From: a virus
Lineage: Duplodnaviria; Caudoviricetes
Direction: 5' to 3' (one strand)
Length of the DNA: 64,000 nt
IMG/VR virus record: IMGVR_UViG_3300027898_000001
Under the pieces are notes generated by a model that saw only the letters and a program-made list of their open reading frames with translations, did no database searches and was not told the origin of the DNA. The position numbers were made by a program, and so were the translations under genes. Position 1 is the first letter of the stretch; each line of letters begins with the position of its first letter. Below, one piece after another: positions 35,551-44,146 of the stretch.

Positions 35551-36085
35551 CACGTAAATCCTCAGGCCACTGCAAAGATAAATCAAAGTGTATAGGATTG
35601 TCAGCTAACCAGTTATTGGCAGCTTTAATCTTATCCTCGAAATCTTCAGGTAATTCTTCGATTTTAAACAAAGTAATATGTGGTTGATAGGGTACGAAAG
35701 TAGGAACTGCACCTAAACCACGATAATAAGAGTGCGCAGCGATTAGGTCTTCGGATTGAAGTTTAGCTACAACATACGTTTTATCATTATGTCCAACCCA
35801 GTGCGTTACTTCAATACATGTAGCACTTAGTACCTTATTACCATAGTACGTGGCAGATTTATCTATAGGTACTTCACTGTACATAACAGTAACGTGTAAA
35901 TCTTCTCGATCAAGTTCAACTCCAAGTATATCAGTAACATATTCTAACGTGTTTGGAGATATAATGTCGAGATCAGCTTTAACATACAAACCATTAGACC
36001 CAGTGTACATAGGTGTAACCGTTGTCTTAACTATGTAAGATACTGGAGCACGTACATCCGCATTAATAGGTATTGTAATCATCAT
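35540..36085 (-). CDS. acb1: anti-CBASS Acb1-like 2H phosphoesterase (T4 gp57B family)
   Basis: GLYV...LHVTVMYS...LQSEDL...YQPHITL: two HxT motifs in the Acb1 arrangement. Confidence 0.85.
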   Translation of the reverse strand: MMITIPINADVRAPVSYIVKTTVTPMYTGSNGLYVKADLDIISPNTLEYVTDILGVELDREDLHVTVMYSEVPIDKSATYYGNKVLSATCIEVTHWVGHNDKTYVVAKLQSEDLIAAHSYYRGLGAVPTFVPYQPHITLFKIEELPEDFEDKIKAANNWLADNPIHFDLSLQWPEDLRDGD

Positions 36086-36456
36086 AGCATGGTACCCTCA
36101 ATACCTATAAGTTTACGTTGTGCAGTACGTTGCTCTAATGCTTCCAAAGCAAGGCCTAAATGAGTAATCGCAGTTATGTTGAACTCGCTAGGGACTATAG
36201 TATTCAACATACCAATACGATGTCTTAGTACTGCAATTACGGCTTCATTAGAAATACCGTTAACACTTTCATGTGCAGGACCATTCTGGAAAGCTAAAAT
36301 TGTATTAACGCCTCCAGGGTTCTTTTCATCGTATATAGCATACGTTTTGGGTCCGTCTTGCATGATAGCGCAAATACCATTTTCATCACGATATATAGTA
36401 GGTGCAATTGCATCAATACGAGCATAACCACCATCAGAAGTTAGTTCAATTTCCAT
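36082..36456 (-). CDS. tad1: Tad1-like immune-signal sponge protein
   Basis: FQNG..HE..NG...LRHRI...SEFNITAITHLGLALEALEQRTAQR...IEGT matches the Tad1 pattern FQxG...RxRL...ENxxAxTHxExALxxxxxRxxxRxxxxxxGT. Confidence 0.75.
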   Translation of the reverse strand: MEIELTSDGGYARIDAIAPTIYRDENGICAIMQDGPKTYAIYDEKNPGGVNTILAFQNGPAHESVNGISNEAVIAVLRHRIGMLNTIVPSEFNITAITHLGLALEALEQRTAQRKLIGIEGTML

Positions 36457-37241
36457 TATCTTCTCCTCACATTGTTTTTGTTTGAAATGAATTGTTGACC
36501 TGTTCTTGAAAACTGATTGATATCCATAATAATATCGCTGTTTGCAACAACATAGGCTGGATCGACTACAGCGCTTGTCTCAAAGCCTAGAATGCCTTCA
36601 CAACGACGGAAAACTAACTGACCATCTGGACGCATGTAAGTCTTTCTGCGAACCTGCGTATGGTCACACTGTCGACCACCACCTGGACCTACTCTGTTTC
36701 CGCATACGCTACAAGTATATGTTTTAAACCACATACCCATAGAATATGTATTGATAGAACCATTCAAAATACCTGATACTAAAATAGGATCTTTAGTGCG
36801 GTCAAAACCTAATAGTTTGACACATTTAAAATGATTACCTACAAATCCAGGCATTGGTTTCAACATAACGTCAAAGATAACACCTTTAGCACGGTCAAGA
36901 ATTTTATTGTCGTGTTCAACATGCGTAGGTTTTCCTACCCAAGTGCGATATGCCTGAACACCAGCATCTGGATTAAAGCGTAACAATTCCGCAGCACTCG
37001 CAGAATCACCATTAGTGTTAGGTAAATCTGAAATAATACTAGGTACAGGTACGAGAATGTAATCAGACAATTTAGGGCTGATTTTGTACACTTCAGCAGC
37101 ATGTGGTAACCAATCTGCTACGTTTAGAGTGTGCGAACCACTTCCCGTAACTTTATTTGATAACGCAATATCTTTACCTTTACCTACACCGTTCAATTCA
37201 GTTGGGGTGCTACCTATACTGAAACTCATTGATAACATCAT
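36456..37241 (-). CDS. prohead (capsid maturation) protease
   Basis: KPTHVEHDN (His), INTYSMG (Ser), zinc insertion CSVC..CDH, FETSAVVDPAY. Confidence 0.75.
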   Translation of the reverse strand: MMLSMSFSIGSTPTELNGVGKGKDIALSNKVTGSGSHTLNVADWLPHAAEVYKISPKLSDYILVPVPSIISDLPNTNGDSASAAELLRFNPDAGVQAYRTWVGKPTHVEHDNKILDRAKGVIFDVMLKPMPGFVGNHFKCVKLLGFDRTKDPILVSGILNGSINTYSMGMWFKTYTCSVCGNRVGPGGGRQCDHTQVRRKTYMRPDGQLVFRRCEGILGFETSAVVDPAYVVANSDIIMDINQFSRTGQQFISNKNNVRRR

Positions 37242-37243
37242 AG

Positions 37244-38872
37244 TTAATTCCTCTCAATTATAGAGCATACCCAAGAACGCGCTTCAGGCAAAGTCATTAA
37301 TGTTGGCGAGTGTAGTTCAAGATTATGTTCTACCTCAGGTTTATCGTTAGTTAAGACAAACGGTTCTTTGATTTTAGGATCAATAGAATCTGCATGTGGA
37401 AATTCCATTGGATTAAAGCCTGTAATTACGTAGGCTCTCCAAATCCGGACACTTTGTCTCGCATCAGAATCATCCTCATCTGCGTATATCTCACCAACAT
37501 GCTGCTTACCTAAAAATACATTCCAACGTGTACGTGCAGCTATTGGAACATCGCGTTCTTCTGGAACACTACGATACGAAATCTTTGACCTTGTTTCACT
37601 ACTTGTAGATACAAACTTAGTCTTACCTACAGTGTTATGTAATTCATCAACATCTAAGTGAAATAAGTAGTCTGTGTAAGCGTCATATACTCTATCCACA
37701 TTTTTACGATACGCTTCATCTGGATGTAAATCTTCATCGTCATCATTAGAAGCTGCACCTTGGAAGGTATCCCAATTGTCGTAAATTTCTTTAGCTATAT
37801 GCAATGCTAGTGGTGCGGCACCCATAGACACTAGTGCAACACCACCTGCAATCATGGCGTATCTTCCAAGAATACTCATTGCAACGATAAGATTACTGCG
37901 ACCACCTTTTTCTACTTTCTCTCCGTTGAATATCTTACCAACTGCTTCCATATCACGAACAAAGAAATTAGGACGCTTCTTAGACTTTTTGTCTTTCTTT
38001 TTACCGTTCTTCGGTTTCTTCTTATCTTCTTTTGCTGCCGCGGTATCATCCTCTTCATCTTCGTCTAAAAGGTCTTCAACCTTCTTCTTTTCAGCCCGAG
38101 TATGCTTGGATTTCTTAGCAATGTCTTCTATTTCAGGGTCTTCATTTTTAGCATTCTTGTTGACAGCTTCACGCTTCTCATCAGGAGTAATATCTTTAGC
38201 ATCTAGGCGATCATTCTCCAACTTGTCTTCAAATGAGGCAAGAACAGCAGCTTTCTCCTTCTGCATATTTGTAGAAGCGGCTTGTACGTCTTTAGTAGTA
38301 AGCTCTTTGCAAGCTTTAACAGATTCTGGATTAATGGCATGTTTAAAATCTTGGTGAGCTTCATCCCGAGTTTTATTAACAATTGCTAGTTCTGCGGCTT
38401 TCAATTTCTCCAACTTTGGTGATGTTGGAACTCTATTGATAGACGCTTCACGCTTTGCAGCTAATATAGGGTTTATCTTTTTAACAAGAATATGCTTCTT
38501 GCCAACAAATTTTCTATCCACATCAGGATAACGCTTATCGTATACCTTCTGGTCACGCTTACCTAGCTTATCGTAACTCTGACGACTTATCTTGCGAGTA
38601 AAAACAGAAGGAGCTTTAGCCTGTCCAGACTGTTTAACCTTTACAGGTCCTTTAGTTTGAACGTGCGAATCCTTAGAAACTGGACGCTTGTGTTTTAAAA
38701 GAAAGCGGTTTCTGGAATTAGGGTATTGTTGTATATAAAGTTTTTGTTTTGCTCGACTGAGCTGTAGAAAACGCTCAGAACCCATTCTAGGTAACTTCTT
38801 CTTTTGAATGGGTTCTGCATGACGTTTATTAGAGGGTTTGCTAAGACTCAATGAAATAAGCATGCCAATCAC
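37244..38872 (-). CDS. putative internal virion protein, basic N-terminus
   Basis: Lys/Arg-rich N-terminal half, central hydrophobic helix pair; upstream of the protease. Confidence 0.6.
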   Translation of the reverse strand: MIGMLISLSLSKPSNKRHAEPIQKKKLPRMGSERFLQLSRAKQKLYIQQYPNSRNRFLLKHKRPVSKDSHVQTKGPVKVKQSGQAKAPSVFTRKISRQSYDKLGKRDQKVYDKRYPDVDRKFVGKKHILVKKINPILAAKREASINRVPTSPKLEKLKAAELAIVNKTRDEAHQDFKHAINPESVKACKELTTKDVQAASTNMQKEKAAVLASFEDKLENDRLDAKDITPDEKREAVNKNAKNEDPEIEDIAKKSKHTRAEKKKVEDLLDEDEEDDTAAAKEDKKKPKNGKKKDKKSKKRPNFFVRDMEAVGKIFNGEKVEKGGRSNLIVAMSILGRYAMIAGGVALVSMGAAPLALHIAKEIYDNWDTFQGAASNDDDEDLHPDEAYRKNVDRVYDAYTDYLFHLDVDELHNTVGKTKFVSTSSETRSKISYRSVPEERDVPIAARTRWNVFLGKQHVGEIYADEDDSDARQSVRIWRAYVITGFNPMEFPHADSIDPKIKEPFVLTNDKPEVEHNLELHSPTLMTLPEARSWVCSIIERN

Positions 38873-38903
38873 CGTATAATGATATTGGCATAAATTATTG
38901 TTT

Positions 38904-39983
38904 CTAAGCAGTTGTGGTGATAGGAATTTTGCGGATAATCAACATATCATTAACAATTGCAGGGTTACTGGGCTCTATTTGAAACGCAGAATCAATAAAA
39001 AATACTGCTAAATCATACTGACCAGTAGCTTGATAACAAACTGCGAGCATGTGTTGGCACCAACCACGGTAGTACATTTCATTACAAATAACAGAGTGTG
39101 TAGGCTTTGTAGTAATCATCAACATTTGACGTACACAGGATATACAATCATGGTATTGTTGATTTCTAAACAAGAACGATGCAAATGGTGCCCAACTCTC
39201 ACGAACATCTGGAGCAGACCATGCACCATACTTATAAGCTATGTAGGCATCTTGATAATTGTTTAACGCCTCATAACACTGTGCAATGAACTGATAAGCT
39301 TCTGACACATGGTAGTTACTCTCTTCCAGTTCCGTGGCCTTTGTAAGGTAGGTAATAGCTTCGGAGTGGCGACCAACTATCAATAGTTCACGACCCAAAT
39401 AGCGGTGCGCTCTACCATCAGCTTCGTTAGACACAGCAGCATACAGCATAGGCAGATAATCGCGTTCTTTCTCCAAATCTGGCAAGTGGTACACTTTAAT
39501 ATCTGTGCTAATGATGTAAGGATTAGTCACATCAGAAGTTAATATTTCATGTATAGGATATTTCCACGAAAACACACGATTATGTACTGCAAGTCTATCG
39601 TAAGTAATATTAGGCTCACCGTTAACAGTATCAAATATCATACGTATGTTGACACCGTCTGGTCTGCGCAGCAAAGCAGCTTGCAGTTTATCGTACCAAC
39701 CTTCTTCCATTACTTCATCTAAATCTAAAAACAAGGCATAATCGCATGCGGTTTCTTGCATAGCGTTTTTGAATGCAATGTTTCTAGCAACATCGAATCT
39801 GAATGGTTGAATGGATGCCTCACCTACTAATGTACGCTCACATGAAAGCAATTTATCTATCGTACTATCATCGGAACCTGTATCGAGAACATACACTGCA
39901 TCTGCCTCTTTAATAGAATTGTACCAACGGTATACATGCTTGGCTTCATTCTTGGCAATTGCATAAACAACTATCTTAGGCAT
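38904..39983 (-). CDS. family 2 glycosyltransferase with C-terminal TPRs
   Basis: YAIAKNE...VLDTGSDDST, FDVARN, LDLDE (DxD), PIHE; TPR-like helices. Confidence 0.9.
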   Translation of the reverse strand: MPKIVVYAIAKNEAKHVYRWYNSIKEADAVYVLDTGSDDSTIDKLLSCERTLVGEASIQPFRFDVARNIAFKNAMQETACDYALFLDLDEVMEEGWYDKLQAALLRRPDGVNIRMIFDTVNGEPNITYDRLAVHNRVFSWKYPIHEILTSDVTNPYIISTDIKVYHLPDLEKERDYLPMLYAAVSNEADGRAHRYLGRELLIVGRHSEAITYLTKATELEESNYHVSEAYQFIAQCYEALNNYQDAYIAYKYGAWSAPDVRESWAPFASFLFRNQQYHDCISCVRQMLMITTKPTHSVICNEMYYRGWCQHMLAVCYQATGQYDLAVFFIDSAFQIEPSNPAIVNDMLIIRKIPITTTA

Positions 39984-40372
39984 TACGATTCACCAGTTTC
40001 AGATGATGAATTAAAATCAATAGTACTATCACACGGTTCTTCCGTAGAACTTAGTTTGTGTGACACCACCATATCTTGAGCTACAGCCAATGGCAGTATT
40101 TCTACTTTCATTGTAAGAACTGCGGTAGAACTGTAATCAAATGCTGGCAGTTGAATTGACTTTATCTGCATAGCATTCAAACCAGCAACATCTATTTCAA
40201 AGTTACATAATGCACTTGGACTATTAGGCACTTGTGTGATCTTAACTGCCTCAGAATCTAACGTAAATGCAGTAGCCGTTACCTGTATAGGTGTACCTTC
40301 GAGCAATACAGATATAACACCAGAAATTTGATCTTCTGTAAGGTTTAATTCTCTAAGACGTTTGTATAGCAT
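39983..40372 (-). CDS. hypothetical protein
   Basis: AGGAG RBS; TAATG coupling to the glycosyltransferase. Confidence 0.75.
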   Translation of the reverse strand: MLYKRLRELNLTEDQISGVISVLLEGTPIQVTATAFTLDSEAVKITQVPNSPSALCNFEIDVAGLNAMQIKSIQLPAFDYSSTAVLTMKVEILPLAVAQDMVVSHKLSSTEEPCDSTIDFNSSSETGES

Positions 40373-40388
40373 GATTTTCTCCTAATAT

Positions 40389-40562
40389 TTAATTTGGACG
40401 ATTACTTACACGTATTTTACCATTTTTGTAACTGACGTACCTAACACCTTGATCTAAACTTGTACTAACAGGAAACAAGTCTGCCAATAAACATAACACA
40501 GTGTATAAGACTTTTAAGAAAAAGAATATTAGAAATGCGAAGCTGAATATGTGAAACCACAT
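40389..40562 (-). CDS. small membrane protein (57 aa, not in ORF track)
   Basis: MWFHIFSFAFLIFFFLKVLYTVLCLLADLF...RPN*; fills the gap exactly. Confidence 0.6.
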   Translation of the reverse strand: MWFHIFSFAFLIFFFLKVLYTVLCLLADLFPVSTSLDQGVRYVSYKNGKIRVSNRPN

Positions 40563-40566
40563 TTTA

Positions 40567-40803
40567 TCACCGTTCGAAATGTTTATTAGTAGTTATATCT
40601 ATTTTGAAGTGTTGTAGCATAAAGGTAGCCGCAGATCGCTCCGAAGCAACTTGTTTACCATTAGAATCAATATAACCGCTAACAGTCATTGCATCATAAC
40701 AAGATCGCGCATGTGCAATATACCAATCATAGGCAAAGTCTTCGTTGATTTGTAATGACTGCCGTAGTATCTCAAAAGAATTACGGTTATAGTGTTTGTC
40801 CAT
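40567..40803 (-). CDS. hypothetical phage protein
   Basis: TAATG coupling to the HAD gene. Confidence 0.7.
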   Translation of the reverse strand: MDKHYNRNSFEILRQSLQINEDFAYDWYIAHARSCYDAMTVSGYIDSNGKQVASERSAATFMLQHFKIDITTNKHFER

Positions 40804-41243
40804 TATAGCACCACTTTATCCCAATCAACATACGGTCTTGGTTTAGGCTCTAACGCAGTACCTGCAGGGTATATTAGAGGGCAACCATAAGCGGCATCAT
40901 CAATATACACTTGAGCATACGCTTTAGGTGATTCTGTCCATCCAGCTTGTGTGGGGTTCTGATTGATACCATATAACTCGATACCATTATCTCGTAAATA
41001 GTTGACAGCTTGTGAAAGCATATCACCATCTGGCCCACCATCACTGCGCATAGTCCAAAGAATAATCTTGTAGCCTTTTGACATGAAACTACGAAGTTTA
41101 TCTAAAGCGCCGGGTACAGGTTCACCGAGATTCGGATAACGGTGAGTGACAATAGTACCATCGAAATCAACTGCAACCAACATATAAATGTCCCTTAGTG
41201 CTCTAGCAACACTGGAAGATGAAAGATCAATTTGTATTTCCAT
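40803..41243 (-). CDS. HAD-superfamily hydrolase
   Basis: VAVDFDGTIV, ILWTMR, YIDD motifs I, II and IV. Confidence 0.85.
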   Translation of the reverse strand: MEIQIDLSSSSVARALRDIYMLVAVDFDGTIVTHRYPNLGEPVPGALDKLRSFMSKGYKIILWTMRSDGGPDGDMLSQAVNYLRDNGIELYGINQNPTQAGWTESPKAYAQVYIDDAAYGCPLIYPAGTALEPKPRPYVDWDKVVL

Positions 41244-41252
41244 AATAATCTA

Positions 41253-41588
41253 CTAATTGAAGATTTGTGGGAATAAATGTGCGAATGGATTATGGTAAGG
41301 TACAAACAATCCACGTAATATTTGACTGCCGTCCTCACCACGAGAATATATTTCTGTCTTACCTAACTCAACTAATTCTAAATAGCGCGGCATGTGCATA
41401 GAACTTTGATACGTTGTACGCAACACAGACGCTATAGCTGTTATCGAACACTCTGACATGGGCATATCAACCAACGCCTGTTGTAATTCATCAAATTGTT
41501 GTGTGCGGTGTAACTTACGCAATGCAGAAATGATTGGGAGCAATTCCACGGCAGTTTCTGCTTGTAAATCAAATTGCTTCCAAAACAT
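41253..41588 (-). CDS. hypothetical protein
   Basis: GAGG RBS; ends TAG TAG. Confidence 0.7.
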   Translation of the reverse strand: MFWKQFDLQAETAVELLPIISALRKLHRTQQFDELQQALVDMPMSECSITAIASVLRTTYQSSMHMPRYLELVELGKTEIYSRGEDGSQILRGLFVPYHNPFAHLFPQIFN

Positions 41589-41595
41589 AATAACC

Positions 41596-41946
41596 TCAAA
41601 TTAATTTGCCGAAACTTAATACTATCCTACAACCTTTTTCGATAGGTGTAACATGGTGATAACTAGTGTCTGCGCGAAAGAAATAGAATCGCTCTCGCCA
41701 TTGCCAAAGCATCTTAGGACACACAAACTTACCGCCAACATAGGCTTTCCACAATTCGATATTGAATCTATACATAGCCTGACCATTTGAAGGGTCTTTA
41801 TGCTTTGGTATATAACTACCTTCTTTGTAGTAAAACAAATAGCAGTCGAATCCAAATCGTTTAGAAAAGGCTAGTGTGAATATACGATAACCAGTATCGT
41901 GAACATCATTACCCCATCTAAATAGTTTTAGGGTAGGTTTAATCAA
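41596..41946 (-). CDS. 2OG-Fe(II) oxygenase
   Basis: PKHKD (HxD), YHHVTPI (His), RIVLSF (RxS-like). Confidence 0.8.
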   Translation of the reverse strand: MIKPTLKLFRWGNDVHDTGYRIFTLAFSKRFGFDCYLFYYKEGSYIPKHKDPSNGQAMYRFNIELWKAYVGGKFVCPKMLWQWRERFYFFRADTSYHHVTPIEKGCRIVLSFGKLI

Positions 41947-41956
41947 TCGGCGTTTA

Positions 41957-42595
41957 TTAATCTATGTCATGGCAGTTCTCGTCATCTTGGTGTGTTTTAA
42001 CAGATAAGACTTTTACGCCCTCTGATTCTTGTAAATCAACTAACTTGCACGTAACACCAGTTTGTGTGACAACTACACCACCCGTAATGTGTACGTTGGA
42101 GAAGGCTTCTTGTAAGTGTTCAATATCTGCTTTAGTGGGTAAATATGTATCATCACCTACGATAACATGCAATATGGTACGTTTTGCAAACTTTAGCTTA
42201 TCAGCAACATCGCCAGACAACGATGGACCGTTGTCTTCCATAGTAACAGATACAGTAGGTTCTATAGTATGTCTAATATCCCAAGTACCATTACCAGCAT
42301 AACCTTTTTTAAGTACAGCTGGATTAAAAGAAATCTCAAGCATACCATCGTCACGTTTAACTAATTGAATGCTCTTAGCAGCTATGGTGCGCACTTCTTT
42401 CTGTACAAGGTCATCAACAATCGCGGATAGAACACGATCAGCACTATCCAAATCTTTACAAGTGCGAATGTACGGAATATATTCGATAGGCTCTGCTAAT
42501 TCTTCACCTTCTTCCATAAGACAGAATCTAATATTCTTAGCTTTCAACAAAATACCTAGCGCGAAGTCTAGGTTGTGTTCTACAATTGCACTCAT
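41957..42595 (-). CDS. hypothetical protein, C-terminus resembling a portal clip segment
   Basis: ILHVIVGDDTYLPT...GVVVTQTGV; see findings. Confidence 0.6.
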   Translation of the reverse strand: MSAIVEHNLDFALGILLKAKNIRFCLMEEGEELAEPIEYIPYIRTCKDLDSADRVLSAIVDDLVQKEVRTIAAKSIQLVKRDDGMLEISFNPAVLKKGYAGNGTWDIRHTIEPTVSVTMEDNGPSLSGDVADKLKFAKRTILHVIVGDDTYLPTKADIEHLQEAFSNVHITGGVVVTQTGVTCKLVDLQESEGVKVLSVKTHQDDENCHDID

Positions 42596-42624
42596 TACTA
42601 TTCACCGAATTGTTTTAATAAGTT

Positions 42625-42694
42625 TGGCTCTACGCCAGGGAATCGAACCCTGCTGAGTCGGTTTTAGAGGCCGGTCAGGCTACCTGCGCATAGA
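42625..42694 (-). tRNA. 70-nt amber-suppressor tRNA (anticodon CUA) with tRNA-Pyl-like architecture
   Basis: TCTATGC G CAGG TAG CCTG A CCGGC CTCTAAA ACCGACT CAG CAGGG TTCGATT CCCTG GCGTAGA G CCA: acceptor 7 bp, T arm and CCA intact; anticodon at 42665-42667. Confidence 0.8.
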
Positions 42695-42698
42695 ATAA

Positions 42699-44126
42699 TT
42701 ATAAAGCGGTTAAAAACACCTTGTTTGCAGAACCTTGTGAAGTACCTGATATTAAGGTCTTACCAGATGCCGAAATACTGTTAGTAGAGCCAAAGTATTT
42801 AGCATAGAAAGTACCGTGCGTTGCTGATAATATTGTAGGTGCCGCTATTATCTTATTTACAGTAATTGGGAAATTAGGAGGAGACGCAGTTGTATCCCAC
42901 ACGTATTCTTTAATCACACCAGAATAATAAGCTGCTGGCCAAGCATAACCGCCAGTATCCGTGTATGTTGTAGTAGATAATGTTCTATAACTTTTTGAAC
43001 CATCTTTGTTTAAACCAACAGCTTCAATGTATGCTAAATAAGGACTACCGTCATACGATGGAAACGATGGGAAGTTTAAACTTCCATTTGATGTTCTATC
43101 CCAGTTTATTTTCGTATACAACCCGGTACCTGGTTGGCCTATAGTAGCTGCTACACGTAATCCATTTTCTGATAATGAATGTACTCTAGTGGGGTTCGCA
43201 TACGAGCCCGAAACAGTAAAACTGCCAGATGTGGTTGAATAGGTTTGTTGCGTCCAGTTAACTAGACCGTTGTACTTCCAAATAGATACCTGTGATTTCC
43301 AGTTAGTGGATTGTAGTACCTGTTGCCATTGCAGTGTTATAGCAATCGTGTAACAGTCTGGAGTAGTTGCTACGTTAAATATTGCACGACCTCCATTAAT
43401 AGCTGGAGATTCCCCATTTGCTACAGGTACTATCTTTTGCGCTAAGTTCCAAACATCACCAGCACCTCGCATGTAAACATATACGGCACCCATTGTAGTA
43501 GATGTGGTGTTTGATGCTGTGCCTGTACTCTCATCGAAAGCATTGTTGAAAACAATTATATTACCATAAGTGTTTAGACGGCAAAAATTAATACTGTTTC
43601 TAGTGCCCGCAGATGTGGTTATAGCTACACTGAATGTGAATACGTTATTTACCCGTAAATACACAAGAACATAAGATTTATTAGAACCCGTTCTTGCTGC
43701 TAAGATAGTAAGAGTGTTACCATCACTAGACAGAGACAGTGGATTCATATTAAATCCAGAAGCGTCCGCAGAGTTTATAAATCTGTACGGTGTTGCTTCT
43801 ACAGGAGGTAAAATAACTTGACTAACTGTCCACGTGTTATTACCATTGATAACATGATGCACACCGTTATTGTCATTTAATGTAGTGAATCCCACTGGAT
43901 TCATATCTGTATTGGTGTATACAACTATAGCACCATTACCATTTGTAGTATATGATTGTATTGCAAGGGTGTTACGTTGCTCTGAAATCGCATACGCACT
44001 ACCGAATGATCCTGGAGAACTTAACCCGTACGAAGATAGAGTTGGATCAGTAGGTAAGGCAAATTCTACACCGTATGTGACACCCTGTGGGATAAATCCA
44101 GAATATCCAGTTTTAAATAACAACAT
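42699..44126 (-). CDS. beta-propeller-like virion/adhesin protein
   Basis: FG-GAP-like FGSAYAIS, GAVYVYMR, SLSSDG repeats. Confidence 0.6.
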   Translation of the reverse strand: MLLFKTGYSGFIPQGVTYGVEFALPTDPTLSSYGLSSPGSFGSAYAISEQRNTLAIQSYTTNGNGAIVVYTNTDMNPVGFTTLNDNNGVHHVINGNNTWTVSQVILPPVEATPYRFINSADASGFNMNPLSLSSDGNTLTILAARTGSNKSYVLVYLRVNNVFTFSVAITTSAGTRNSINFCRLNTYGNIIVFNNAFDESTGTASNTTSTTMGAVYVYMRGAGDVWNLAQKIVPVANGESPAINGGRAIFNVATTPDCYTIAITLQWQQVLQSTNWKSQVSIWKYNGLVNWTQQTYSTTSGSFTVSGSYANPTRVHSLSENGLRVAATIGQPGTGLYTKINWDRTSNGSLNFPSFPSYDGSPYLAYIEAVGLNKDGSKSYRTLSTTTYTDTGGYAWPAAYYSGVIKEYVWDTTASPPNFPITVNKIIAAPTILSATHGTFYAKYFGSTNSISASGKTLISGTSQGSANKVFLTAL

Positions 44127-44146
44127 TCGCTATACTCCGAAAAGTT

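Noticed and set aside
39983-40372. Tail-tube-like motif FEIDVAGL..IKSIQLP in a 129-aa ORF
   Set aside because: A single short stretch; the other tube motifs are missing, so too weak to add to the fragment hypothesis.
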